This document shows, piece by piece, positions 51,105 through 61,192 of a stretch of DNA of 64,000 nt (the first letter of the stretch is position 1; each line of letters opens with the position of its first letter). The translations under genes were made by a program, and so were the position numbers. The notes beneath the pieces were generated by a model. The model searched no databases and had not been told where the DNA came from. It was given only the letters and a program-made list of their open reading frames with translations. The DNA comes from an uncultured Gemmatimonadales bacterium (lineage in GTDB: Bacteria; Gemmatimonadota; Gemmatimonadetes; Gemmatimonadales; Gemmatimonadaceae): NCBI GenBank assembly GCA_963851265.1, contig CAWKNZ010000002.1, positions 32,001-96,000 of the forward strand. Reading direction: 5' to 3'.

Positions 51105-52040
51105 ATGAATCGTCTGTCCGCCCGGGGTGCGTTTCTCGGTAGCGTGCTCGTTGCGGGTCTGCTGCTCGCATGGGGCGGCATCCGGATGGCCCGCGCCGCA
51201 GCGAGCGAACTCGCCGACTTCCACCCGACCCGCCGCGCGATCCCACTGCCCACGGACGCCGACGCACTCGCCCTCCGTCCGGTCACGTTCGCGGTACCCG
51301 GCTCGGGGCCGATCCACGGCTGGTACGCGCCGACGCACAACGGCGCGGCCGTCATCCTGCTCCACGGCAGCGGGAGCGACCGCCGCCAGGTGCTCGGCGT
51401 TGCGCGCGCTCTCGTCCAGGGCGGATACGGCACCCTCCTGTTCGACTGGCCGGGGCACGGCGAGAGCGACGGCGTCGTGCGGTACGGCGCGCCGGAGCGC
51501 CGCGCCCTGCAGGTCGCAGTGCGCTACGTCCAGGACCAATCGGGCGTCGCCGAAGACCGGATCGGCGTCTATGGCTTTTCGATCGGTGCATTCATCGCAG
51601 CGCAGGTCGCGGCGGTCGACCGCCGGGTACGCGCCGTCGTCCTCGCGGCGCCCCCCGCCGACGCGGTGCTCTTTACGCGCCACGAGTACGCCGCCGGGGG
51701 CCCAATGGCACAGTGGGGCGCGCTGCTCGGTCTGCGACTCGGCGGAATGCGATTCGACGAGCCTCAGCCGGCCGCGCTGGTGCACCGCATCGCCCCCCGC
51801 CCGCTTCTCGTCGTCACCGGTACGGCCGACCGCACCGTGACGCCCGCGATGGCGCGCGAACTCTACGCCGCCGCGGGCGAGCCGAAGCGGCTGTGGCTCG
51901 TCGCAGGAGCGGGCCACGGCGGGTACGACGCGGTGGCACCGGACTTCGGGGCGGGCATTCGCACGTTCTTCGACGGGGCGCTCGCGCCGACGGCGGGCGC
52001 GGGCGCAGGCGCGCCGCCGACGCCGATCGCCAGTCGTTAG
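51105..52040 (+). CDS. membrane-anchored alpha/beta hydrolase
   Basis: N-terminal TM, LLHG, GHGESDG, GFSIG (Ser elbow), G.AD, GAGH. Confidence 0.88.
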   Translation: MNRLSARGAFLGSVLVAGLLLAWGGIRMARAAASELADFHPTRRAIPLPTDADALALRPVTFAVPGSGPIHGWYAPTHNGAAVILLHGSGSDRRQVLGVARALVQGGYGTLLFDWPGHGESDGVVRYGAPERRALQVAVRYVQDQSGVAEDRIGVYGFSIGAFIAAQVAAVDRRVRAVVLAAPPADAVLFTRHEYAAGGPMAQWGALLGLRLGGMRFDEPQPAALVHRIAPRPLLVVTGTADRTVTPAMARELYAAAGEPKRLWLVAGAGHGGYDAVAPDFGAGIRTFFDGALAPTAGAGAGAPPTPIASR

Positions 52041-55000
52041 GCGGAACCGCCGAGCATCCGCTTGATGCGCCCGAACACGCCCTCGGACGTCGCGATGGCC
52101 GCGGATGGCTCGCCGCCGCGCGCCGCCGGATGGCCGGCCTGATCGGACGCGTCGATCTCCGCAGCGACCTGCTCTAACGTGCCGAGCAGCACGACGCGCG
52201 GGCTGACGCGTACGCCCCGCTCGCGCGTGACGCGGTCGATGAAACGGAAGCAGAGCAGCGAGTGCCCCCCGAGGTCGAAGAACTTGTCCGTGCTGTGCAG
52301 GCTCGGCGTCCCGAGCAGCTCCCGCCAGAGTGCCGCGACGTACTGCTCGGTTGGCGTGGTGGGGAGTGCCGCGGGTCTCGCCGCCTCCCAAGGTGCCGCG
52401 ATCGCCAGCCGATCCCACTGCGGAGCGCCGTCCGCGCCCCGCGCGAGTCCGTCAACCTCGACGAAGTGCTGCGGGACCGCCGCCTCGGGGAGCACCTCAC
52501 GAACGCGCTGCCTCAACTCGGTTTCGGTGTACCCCGCGCCGCGCGCCGGTACGACGCACGCGATCGGGCGGGGCTCGCCGTACTCGTCGGTGCGCACGGT
52601 GACGGCCGCGTCCGCGACGCCCGTGTGACCGCGGAGCGCCGCGGCGATGGCCTCGAGTCCGAACACCCGCCCGCTGCGGCCCACCCGACCCGGTTCGGGC
52701 GCGAGCACCTCCACGCGCCCATCCGCGGTGCGGCGCGCCCGTTCGCCGCTCCGGAACGCGCGCGCGCCGGAGCGGAGGGGGTCGTCGACGAACCGCGGAT
52801 CGCCTGCGCGCAGCCGTGCCGCCGCCTCCACGGCCGCCCCAGCGACGTGAAGCCACCCGGGCACGCCCGGCGCGACGACCTCGCCGTGCGCGTCCAGCGC
52901 GAACAGACGGGCGCCCGGGAGCGGCGCGCGGGCGATGCCGCTCGCGGCGTGCGGGGCATTGTTAGGAACACCCATCGCGTTCCAACCGCCGGCCGCGGCG
53001 TGACCGAAGATCGCGAGCACACGCGTCGCGAGACGCGAGACGGTCGCGAGCAGCTCCGGCGTCGCGCCGTCGGTCACGAGCGCGGTGAGCCGCGCGTCCC
53101 CGTTCCACCCTGCGACATCCAGCTCGCGCCAGACGTCTGCCGGCGCCGCCACGAACGTCGCGCGGACGTCCTGAAGCCACTCGGCAAGCAGCGACCCGTC
53201 AACGTCGGAGCCGTCCGGCGGGGGCGCGAGCGCCGCGCCACACGCGAGCGGCAGCAGTAACTCCAGCAGCGCCGCGGGCGCCGCGGGCGAGTGCACGGGC
53301 ACGGCAATCGTTGCCTCGCTCACGTCGAGGCGTGCGGAAAGGCCGGCGGCGAGCGCGTCGAGACCCGCGCGCGAGAGTGCGGCCGTCGTCGGACGCCCCG
53401 AGGCGTCGACGTCGTGCAACACGAACGCCACCTCGTCAGCCGCGCCGACGTCCTCACCAGAGGTCAGCAACGTCGCGCCGGTTGTGATCGCATCGAGCGC
53501 GATGCGCGGAACGCTCGTGCCAAGTGCGCGCACGCCGGCCGCGGTCGTGAGCGCGCAGGCGACGCCAGCCGACGCCGCGACCGCGTCGTTGTACGCGGCC
53601 GGGTCGCGGGTGTCGAGCAGCAGCGCGGCGCCGTGCGCAGCGCGCACGCCGAGCATCGCCGCCGCGCGCGACGCGACGTCGTCCGCCAGCACGGCCACGC
53701 GCGCCCCGGCGGCGACTCCGCTAGCCGCGAGCGCCGCACGGACCGCTTCGGCACGCGCGAGCAACTGCCCGTAACTGACCGGGCCGCGCGACGGGTCGTT
53801 CACGGCGATGGCGTCCGGGCGTGCGGTGCCTGCCGCGACGATCGACGCGACGAGCGAACGCGCCGGCTCGTCCGCGCCCTCGACGAGCGCGTCGTCGCCG
53901 ACCGCGGAGCGCAACTCGTCCGTACTGAGCAGCGGCAGCCGCCCGATCGTCTGGTGCGGGTCGTCGAGCACCGACATCAGGAGCGTTCGAAGGTGCGCCA
54001 GGAGTCGTTCGGCCGTCGCGCGCTCGAACAGGTCCGTGCTGAAGTTGAGGACCGCCAGCAATCCCTGCTCCCTGGACATCGTCCACAGCATCAGATCGTT
54101 CGTCGCCGCAGTCTGCGGCATCTGCACCTGCTCGACCCGCAGACCGGCGGCGGCCCGCGGACGCGCGCGCGCGTCCTGCATCGAGAACAACGCCCGCAGC
54201 GCAGGCACCTTCCCGCCCAGCAGCTCGAACGGCATGTCCTGGTGCGCGAACGCGTCGAGCGTGACGTCCCGCACGCGGCCTAACAGCGCGGCGAACGACG
54301 CTGCCGGGTCCACGTCGAACCGCAGCATCACGGTGTTGACGAACGCGCCGACCACCGGCTCCGTCTCGGGCCACGTGCGCGCGCGCACCGGCGTCCCCAC
54401 GAGCAGGTCACGCTGGCCCGAGTACCGATGCAGGAGCGCGTTGTACGCCGAGAGCAGCAGCATGAACAGCGTCGCCCCGTGCGCGTGCGCGAGGGCCGTG
54501 AGTCGGTCCACCTCGGCGTTCGTGAACGCGATGTGCGCGCGCCCGCCGCCGTAGGTCGGCTGCGCGGGCCGCGGCCGGTCGGTCGGCAGCTCGAGCGTCG
54601 GCAGGTCGTCGCCGAGGTGCGCCCGCCACCACGCCACATGCCGCCCCATCTCCGGCGACGTCAGGTACGACTGCTGCCACGCCGCGAAATCGCCGAGCGT
54701 GATCGGAAGTTCGGCCAGCACGGGCGCGCGCCCAACGGTGCGCGCCTCCAACAGTTCGCAGAATTCGGTGATGAAGATGTCGAACGACCAGCCGTCCCAC
54801 ACCAGCCCGTGGCGCACGGTGTAGAGCAGGTGCTCGCCCGGCGCGAGCGTGATGAGCGCCGCGCGGAGGAGTGGCGCGACGGCCAAGTCGAACGGCGTGG
54901 CACCTTGCTCCTCGACGTAGGCGGTGACCGCCGCATCGCGTTCGGCCGGGTCGAGATCCGAGAAGTCCAGCCGCACCAGGCCGATCCGCGCGTCCGGCTC

Positions 55001-58000
55001 GACGACCTGAACGGGGACGCCGTCCGCCAACTCGAAGCGCGTCCGGAGCTGATCGTGCCGTTGCGCGAAGTCGTCGAGCGCACCCTCCACGGCGCCGGCG
55101 TCGACGTCACCGGTCAGTTGCCACGCGGCGGCGTGCACGTGCGTCGCCGCAGTCGCCGGGTCGAGCTCCTCCAGGCGCCAGATCCGGTGCTGCAACGCCG
55201 TGAGCGGCGCGCGCGTGCGGGTCGGGTCGTGCGGGATGGTCGATGCTCGGGCCGAGCCCGTTCCAATCGAGCCTTGCGTCTCGCCCGTCTCCCGCGCGAC
55301 CAGCGCCGCGAACCGCTCGACCGTCGGCGCTTCGAAAATGCGCCGGTAGGCCAACTCTACGCCGTGGTCACGCCGCAAGCGTCCGAGCACCTGCGCGGCC
55401 ATGAGCGAATGTCCCCCGAGCTGGAAGAAGTCGTCGTGCGCGCCGACCCGTCCCACGCGCAGCGCCTCGGCCCACAGCTCCGCGACGAGGCGCTCGGCCG
55501 GTGTGCGGGGTTCCACGAACGCGGTCCCGGACGCGGGCGTGTGTGCGGCCGCGAACCCTCGCGGCTCGGGGAGCGCCGCGCGGTCGACCTTGCCACTCGG
55601 CGTGAGCGGCAGGGCCGGCAGCACGACGAACGTCTGCGGGATCATGTAGTCCGGGAGTGCCGCCCGAAGGTGGGCGCGCAGCTCCTGTTCGTTAGGCACC
55701 ATCGCCGCCGCGACCACGTACGCCACGAGGCGCCGGTCGTCGGGCCGGTCCTCGCGCACCACGACGACACACGCACCCACGCCCGGGCACTCGCCGAGGC
55801 GGGTTTCGATCTCGCCGAGTTCGATCCGGTAACCGCGCAGCTTGACCTGATGGTCGTTGCGGCCGAGGCACTCGAGCGTGCCGTCGCCCAGCCGGCGGAC
55901 GACGTCTCCCGTTCGGTACATGCGGGCGCCCGGCTCGCCCGCGAACGGGTCCGCGAGGAACCGCTCCGCCGTGAGCTCCGGGCGGCGCAGGTAGCCGTTC
56001 GACACGCCCGTGCCGCCGATGAAGAGCTCGCCGCGCACGCCGACCGGAACCGGCTGCATCCGCGCGTCGAGCACGTACGCGCGCGTGTTCGCGATCGGGC
56101 CGCCGATCAACACGCGGGCGACCGGCGACTGCACGCGCCAGAACGTCGACCAGACCGTCGTTTCGGTCGGACCGTAGCCGTTCCACACCTCGCCAGCTCG
56201 CGCACAGAGCGCGTCGCCCAGATCCCGGGGCATTGCCTCGCCCGTGCAGATCACACGCAGGTGTGACCCGCCTTCCCACCCCGCGGCGAGCAGGAGTCGG
56301 TAGGTGGCCGGCGTCGCGTCGATGAACGTGACGCGTTCGCGCTCGACCAGGGCGCGAAGTTGGACGCCGTCGGCCGCGACCTCTCGTGAGGCGAGCACGA
56401 CGCGCGCACCGACGGTCAGCGGCAGGATCGTCTCGGACACCGCGATGTCGAACGACAGCGTCGTGATCGCGAGTACGACGTCGCCCGCGGTCATGCCTGG
56501 CGTCTGCTGCACGGACAGCAGCAGGTTGACCACCGCGCGGTGCGGCACGACCACGCCCTTGGGACGGCCGGTGGAGCCGGAGGTGTAGATGACGTACGCC
56601 GGCCCGTCCGGCTCGGGCTCGTCCGAGTCGACGTGCGCCGCGAACGGCTCGGTCGAGAGCGCGGCGATCGACGGCGCGTCGGCGCCGTCGATCGACACGA
56701 CCGGGACGTCGGGGCGCGCGGCCGTGAGCGGCGTGTCGGCGCGCACCGACTCTTGGGTGAGGAGCAGTGCGATCTGGGCGTCGTCCGCGGCGTGCGTGAG
56801 CCGGTCGACCGGGTGGCCCGGGTCGAGCGGCACGTACGCGCCGCCGGCCTTGAGCACGGCAAGCACGGCGACGAACAGTTCCGCCGTGCGCTCGAGGCAG
56901 AGGCCGACGAACGCGCCGCGCCGGACGCCGCGCGCGCGCAGGTGGCGCGCGAGCCGGTTCGCGCGCGCGTCGAGTTCGCCGTACGTGAGCGCGCGGACGC
57001 CGTCGTCGATCGCGACTGCGTTAGGCGTACGCGCCGCCTGCGCCTCGACGAGCGGGTGCACGAGCGGGCACTCGGGGAGGGCCAGCGCCGGCCCGGCCGC
57101 GGCCGATTCGTGCGCGGTCGTGAGCGGGAGCGACCCGACCGTCACATCGGCCGCTCCGTCCGCGTCGGCGACGCCCTCGAGCAGGCGTTCGTACGCCGCG
57201 AGCCATGCGCGCACGGTCTCGGCATCGTAGAGCGCGGTGTTGTACTGGCACTCGAGCGTGACCGCGCCGTCCAGCTCGACCGCGTTGACGAACAGGTCGA
57301 AGTTCTCGCTCGAGCGCGGGACCGCGTGCAGCGTCGCCGACATTCCCGCGAATGGCATCGCCGCCGCGGTGATGCCCTTGTCGACGTTGAACGCGACCGA
57401 GACGAGCGGCGGGCGGCCGGGGTCGCGCGCGAGCGGCAGGCGCGCGAGCAGGCTGCCGAGCGTCACCGACTGGTGTTCCTGCGCGTCGAGCATCTGCCGC
57501 CGCACGTGGGCGAGCGCGTCGCGCACCGGCGCGTCGCTCGTTAGGCGCAGCCGCACGGGGAGCATGCTCACGAGGTGGCCGACCAGCCGCGGCATGCCGC
57601 AGGCGGGCTGCCCCGCGGTGGGCACGCCGATCACGAGGTCGTCGCCTCCCCCCAGCCGGTGCAGGAGCATGCCGAACGCGCCAAACAGCGTCGCGAACTG
57701 GCTCGCCCCCGCACGCGCGCCGGCGCGCGTCGCGCGCCGCACGAGGTCCGCGCCGAGCACGTAGTCCACGCGCGCGGCCGCGTACTGGCGAGTCGCGGGG
57801 CGGGGGTGGTCCGTAGGCAGGTCGAGGACGGGCGCGCCCTGCGCGAACTGGTCCAGCCAGTACCGCTCGGCCGCATCGACCGCGGCGAGCGCGTCCGGGT
57901 CTGCCGCGGCACCGGCGTAGGCCGCGAACGAATCGGCCGGCGGAAGGTCCAGCGGCCGGCCGGCTCGGCGCGCGGTGTACGCCGCCGCGAGCTCGGGGAC

Positions 58001-58516
58001 GATCACGCCGAACGACCAGCCGTCGCACACGATGTGGTGGGCCGAGATGACTAACGCGTGCTCGTCCGGCTCGAATCGCGCGAGGTCGAATCGCACGAGC
58101 GGACCCTGCAGCAGGTCGAACGGTTCTGCCACGACCCGTGAGCGCAGTGCCTGCCACGCGGCGTCACGTGCGGCGGCCGGCAGCGGATGCCAGTCGTGGC
58201 GCACGACGGGCACGTCGGCCGGCGCCTCCGCGATCGCGACGACGGTCCCGTCGGCCGAGAATGTCGCGCGAAGTGCCTCGTGGCGCGCGACCACGTCCGC
58301 CACGGCGCCGACGAGTGCATCCACGTCGAGCATACCACGCAGGCGCACTTCGACCGCCTCGTTGAACGCGAGCGACGCTTCCGTCCCCATCCACGTCGCC
58401 GCCCAGATCTCGCGCTGCGCGGCCGTGGACGGCACGGCGCTGGCGAGTGCGGGGCCGGCGAACGGGTCGAAGTCGTCGGTCGGGGAGAAGCTGGTCGGGG
58501 CGATGGCGGTAGTCAC
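52037..58516 (-). CDS. NRPS: C-A-PCP-C*-A*(degenerate)-PCP, no thioesterase
   Basis: C1 HHIVCDG; A1 YTSGSTGRPKG/YGPTE/YRTGD/PSGK; PCP GGHSL; C2 HGLVWDG; eroded A2; terminal PCP GGHSL; start GTG 58516 (alternative 58561). Confidence 0.94.
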   Translation of the reverse strand: MTTAIAPTSFSPTDDFDPFAGPALASAVPSTAAQREIWAATWMGTEASLAFNEAVEVRLRGMLDVDALVGAVADVVARHEALRATFSADGTVVAIAEAPADVPVVRHDWHPLPAAARDAAWQALRSRVVAEPFDLLQGPLVRFDLARFEPDEHALVISAHHIVCDGWSFGVIVPELAAAYTARRAGRPLDLPPADSFAAYAGAAADPDALAAVDAAERYWLDQFAQGAPVLDLPTDHPRPATRQYAAARVDYVLGADLVRRATRAGARAGASQFATLFGAFGMLLHRLGGGDDLVIGVPTAGQPACGMPRLVGHLVSMLPVRLRLTSDAPVRDALAHVRRQMLDAQEHQSVTLGSLLARLPLARDPGRPPLVSVAFNVDKGITAAAMPFAGMSATLHAVPRSSENFDLFVNAVELDGAVTLECQYNTALYDAETVRAWLAAYERLLEGVADADGAADVTVGSLPLTTAHESAAAGPALALPECPLVHPLVEAQAARTPNAVAIDDGVRALTYGELDARANRLARHLRARGVRRGAFVGLCLERTAELFVAVLAVLKAGGAYVPLDPGHPVDRLTHAADDAQIALLLTQESVRADTPLTAARPDVPVVSIDGADAPSIAALSTEPFAAHVDSDEPEPDGPAYVIYTSGSTGRPKGVVVPHRAVVNLLLSVQQTPGMTAGDVVLAITTLSFDIAVSETILPLTVGARVVLASREVAADGVQLRALVERERVTFIDATPATYRLLLAAGWEGGSHLRVICTGEAMPRDLGDALCARAGEVWNGYGPTETTVWSTFWRVQSPVARVLIGGPIANTRAYVLDARMQPVPVGVRGELFIGGTGVSNGYLRRPELTAERFLADPFAGEPGARMYRTGDVVRRLGDGTLECLGRNDHQVKLRGYRIELGEIETRLGECPGVGACVVVVREDRPDDRRLVAYVVAAAMVPNEQELRAHLRAALPDYMIPQTFVVLPALPLTPSGKVDRAALPEPRGFAAAHTPASGTAFVEPRTPAERLVAELWAEALRVGRVGAHDDFFQLGGHSLMAAQVLGRLRRDHGVELAYRRIFEAPTVERFAALVARETGETQGSIGTGSARASTIPHDPTRTRAPLTALQHRIWRLEELDPATAATHVHAAAWQLTGDVDAGAVEGALDDFAQRHDQLRTRFELADGVPVQVVEPDARIGLVRLDFSDLDPAERDAAVTAYVEEQGATPFDLAVAPLLRAALITLAPGEHLLYTVRHGLVWDGWSFDIFITEFCELLEARTVGRAPVLAELPITLGDFAAWQQSYLTSPEMGRHVAWWRAHLGDDLPTLELPTDRPRPAQPTYGGGRAHIAFTNAEVDRLTALAHAHGATLFMLLLSAYNALLHRYSGQRDLLVGTPVRARTWPETEPVVGAFVNTVMLRFDVDPAASFAALLGRVRDVTLDAFAHQDMPFELLGGKVPALRALFSMQDARARPRAAAGLRVEQVQMPQTAATNDLMLWTMSREQGLLAVLNFSTDLFERATAERLLAHLRTLLMSVLDDPHQTIGRLPLLSTDELRSAVGDDALVEGADEPARSLVASIVAAGTARPDAIAVNDPSRGPVSYGQLLARAEAVRAALAASGVAAGARVAVLADDVASRAAAMLGVRAAHGAALLLDTRDPAAYNDAVAASAGVACALTTAAGVRALGTSVPRIALDAITTGATLLTSGEDVGAADEVAFVLHDVDASGRPTTAALSRAGLDALAAGLSARLDVSEATIAVPVHSPAAPAALLELLLPLACGAALAPPPDGSDVDGSLLAEWLQDVRATFVAAPADVWRELDVAGWNGDARLTALVTDGATPELLATVSRLATRVLAIFGHAAAGGWNAMGVPNNAPHAASGIARAPLPGARLFALDAHGEVVAPGVPGWLHVAGAAVEAAARLRAGDPRFVDDPLRSGARAFRSGERARRTADGRVEVLAPEPGRVGRSGRVFGLEAIAAALRGHTGVADAAVTVRTDEYGEPRPIACVVPARGAGYTETELRQRVREVLPEAAVPQHFVEVDGLARGADGAPQWDRLAIAAPWEAARPAALPTTPTEQYVAALWRELLGTPSLHSTDKFFDLGGHSLLCFRFIDRVTRERGVRVSPRVVLLGTLEQVAAEIDASDQAGHPAARGGEPSAAIATSEGVFGRIKRMLGGSA

Positions 58517-58539
58517 GAGCGTTCCTTGAAGGCGGCGAA

Positions 58540-59457
58540 TCAGCGAATCGGGACGTGGCACACCCGTTCACGTCGCGGGCGGAGCAGCATTGTGAGTACG
58601 ATGAGCACGAACTTCGGATCCTGAACCAGGTAGCGCCGCCAGAGGCGGCGTGGCTCCTGGCCGAGCCGGTACGCCCACTCCAGTCCCGCGCGCGACATCC
58701 ACGCGGGCGACCGGCGGAGCGCACCGGCGAGGAAGTCGAGGCTCGCGCCGACACCGACGGCGACCACCGGGCCCATGGCGGGCAGCGCTCGGGCGATGAA
58801 CAGCTCCTGCTTCGGCGCGCCGAGGCCGACGAAGAGGAGGTCGGGCCGGGCCGCGCGGATGCGCGCGATCACGGGCGCGTCGGCCGCGTGGTCGGGTTCA
58901 CACGAGATGCGCGCGTCGTCGGTGCCGACGACGTTCACGCCGTGGTCGTCGCGCAGCCGGCGCGCGGCCTCGACCGCGCTGCCCGGGCCTCCGCCCAACA
59001 CGTACACGCGCCAGCCGCGCTGGGCGGCGCGCTGCGCCATCGGCAGCAGCATGTCGGAGCCCGAGAGCTTCTCCGGAACGGCGGGGCGCAGCAGGCGCGA
59101 GGCCCAGACGAGCGGGACGCCGTCGGTCAGACTGAGGCTCGCGCCGGCGTAGGCGGCGCGGAACCCGGCGTCGTGCTCCGCCATGACGACGTGGTCGACG
59201 TTCGGCGTGAACACCGAGCCGCCCTCCCCGCGCGCGACGAGGGCGTCGAGGGCGTCGAGGGCCTGGCCGCGTGTGAGCACGTCAACCCAGAGGTGACCCA
59301 TGCGCAGCCGCGCGCGCGTGGGGGCGGGCGCCGGCGGCGCGTAAACCGGTGACCCGTCGACGGCCGCCGCGTACGCGGGCGTCGCACGGGGCGAGCGCGT
59401 GCGGACCGCGGGGATGTAGTCGGTGGGGGTCGGCGCGGGCGCCGCGGTCGTGCTCAT
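58540..59457 (-). CDS. WecB/TagA/CpsF family glycosyltransferase (GT26)
   Basis: TPNVDH, DG.PLVWA, SGSD, LGAPKQE, GLEWAYRL.QEPRRLWRRY. Confidence 0.94.
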   Translation of the reverse strand: MSTTAAPAPTPTDYIPAVRTRSPRATPAYAAAVDGSPVYAPPAPAPTRARLRMGHLWVDVLTRGQALDALDALVARGEGGSVFTPNVDHVVMAEHDAGFRAAYAGASLSLTDGVPLVWASRLLRPAVPEKLSGSDMLLPMAQRAAQRGWRVYVLGGGPGSAVEAARRLRDDHGVNVVGTDDARISCEPDHAADAPVIARIRAARPDLLFVGLGAPKQELFIARALPAMGPVVAVGVGASLDFLAGALRRSPAWMSRAGLEWAYRLGQEPRRLWRRYLVQDPKFVLIVLTMLLRPRRERVCHVPIR

Positions 59458-59933
59458 CGGTCGCGCACGGTGATGCTGCCGACGAAGTGCGGATGACCGA
59501 CGGCCGCCACCGTGCGGCGTGCGTCGCCCACGACGCCCGTGCCGAGTGGGACGACGAGCAGGGCCGCGTCGGCCGCGCGTGCGAGCGGGATGGCCGGGGC
59601 CCGCACGAGGGGCGACGCGAGGACGACGAGTACGCGCGCGCCGGCCGCCGCGCGTCCGCCGACGGCGCCGATCACCTGCTGCACGTCTTCTGGCGCGGCG
59701 TGCTCCGCATCGATCACCTCGACCGGGGTCGCCTGGTACGCGCGCGCGGCGCCGGCGAGGCGTTCGGCCAGCGGCCACGCCGACGTGCCGGGATCGGCCG
59801 GAACGAGGGCGAGTGAGCCCCAGCCGTGCTGTTCGAGCGTGAACCAGAGATGCGCCCACTCCCCGGCGTCGACGGTGGACGTGCCGGCGTCGACGGTGCC
59901 TGATGCGCGGGGGTGCGGTTCGATCGACATCAT
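59454..59933 (-). CDS. stand-alone BY-kinase-fold pseudokinase-like protein (myxobacterial WzeX/EcpK-like)
   Basis: 159 aa; LWF..W.SLALVPA, VLVVL.SP, LA.AADAALLVV.LG resemble a CpsD/CapB fold without Walker A GK(S/T); coupled inside the EPS operon. Confidence 0.55.
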   Translation of the reverse strand: MMSIEPHPRASGTVDAGTSTVDAGEWAHLWFTLEQHGWGSLALVPADPGTSAWPLAERLAGAARAYQATPVEVIDAEHAAPEDVQQVIGAVGGRAAAGARVLVVLASPLVRAPAIPLARAADAALLVVPLGTGVVGDARRTVAAVGHPHFVGSITVRDR

Positions 59934-61192
59934 GGGTGACGGAGTGCAGAGGGATGCGACGGACGCGGGGCGGCGCCCTCCGCGGCGGGTGCGATCGGGA
60001 CGGCGGCCTGCGGCGCGCGCGCGGTGCGCACCCACGCATCGCCGCGCGTGCGCGGGCGTAGCGCGACGGCGAGTTTCCACGCCGCGTACGCCGGCCCCCA
60101 CGCGAGGTCGAGCACCACACGTGGGCCGTGGCCGGCGAGCGCCGCCCCGCGCGCGACGTACGCCGCGAGACAGACGAGCGCCGCCCCCCACGGGGCAACG
60201 CCCACCACGCCGGCCCACCCGGACCAGGCGGCTACGGCCGCCGTCACGGTCCCGAGGAGCGCGACCGCGCCGAGCGTGGTCAGCGGTGGCACGAGCAGGT
60301 CGGCGGCGAGGTCGAGCGGCACGCGGTCCTTGCGCACCCACGTCGCCCGGACGAGTGTCGGCACGAGGCGGCGGACCAGGTCGGCCCTGCCGTTTTCCCA
60401 GCGTTCCCGCTGCGTCTGGGCGGCCTCCGCCGTGACTGGCATCTCGCCGAGTACGGTGGCTTCGGGGACGTACGCGACGCGCACGCCGGCCGCGCCGAGG
60501 GCGACGCCGTATTCGACGTCCTCGACGCGCGAGAACGCCTGGTGCGGATGCCGGCGGAGCGTATTCATGCTGAAGCCCATGCCGTTTCCCCGCAGTCCGC
60601 ACGAGAGCCCGAGCCGCTCGCGTCCGAGCGAGCGGGTGGTGTGGTAGCAGGCGAAGGCGACGGCCATGAGCCGCGTCCGCCACGAGGCGTCGGCGTTGCG
60701 CACACCGTACTCCGCCTGGACCGACGCCTCGCCCGCGCCGAAGCGGGCGGCGAACGCGCGCAGCAGGTTGGGCGAGACCACCGTGTCGGCGTCGACCACC
60801 ACGACCGCGTCGGCGACGCCGTCGGCGATCGACACGCCGTAGGCATGGGCCAGCGCGTAGCCCTTGCCGCGCCGCGCCGCGTCGTGCCGATCGAGGACGA
60901 GTGCGCCGGCCGCGCGCGCCCGAGCCGCGGTGTCGTCGGTGCAGTTGTCGGCGACGACCAGCACGCGGTACCGCTCGCGCGGGTAGTCGAGCGCGAGCAG
61001 GCTACTGACGGTCGCGCCGATACCCTGCGCCTCGTCGTGCGCGGGAACGATCACGTCGAAGCGCACGCGATCGTTTGGTGCGGGCGGCGTGACGTCGCGT
61101 GCGGCGGCCGCGAGCATCGCGAGGTAGCCCGACGCGGCCAGCACGGGAGTGCCTGCGACTGCGAGCGCGACGTTCACGAAGGCGGGCGTCAT
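59930..61192 (-). CDS. glycosyltransferase family 2 (processive-type motifs)
   Basis: VPAHDE, ADNCTD, GKGYAL, VDAD, GNGM, ED, QRERW. Confidence 0.93.
   Translation of the reverse strand: MTPAFVNVALAVAGTPVLAASGYLAMLAAAARDVTPPAPNDRVRFDVIVPAHDEAQGIGATVSSLLALDYPRERYRVLVVADNCTDDTAARARAAGALVLDRHDAARRGKGYALAHAYGVSIADGVADAVVVVDADTVVSPNLLRAFAARFGAGEASVQAEYGVRNADASWRTRLMAVAFACYHTTRSLGRERLGLSCGLRGNGMGFSMNTLRRHPHQAFSRVEDVEYGVALGAAGVRVAYVPEATVLGEMPVTAEAAQTQRERWENGRADLVRRLVPTLVRATWVRKDRVPLDLAADLLVPPLTTLGAVALLGTVTAAVAAWSGWAGVVGVAPWGAALVCLAAYVARGAALAGHGPRVVLDLAWGPAYAAWKLAVALRPRTRGDAWVRTARAPQAAVPIAPAAEGAAPRPSHPSALRHP

Noticed and set aside
43358..58516. Assignment to a known antibiotic cluster (microcystin/mycosubtilin-like)
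   Set aside because: Only the KS-AT-ACP-AMT arrangement is shared; too few modules, no TE and a different context
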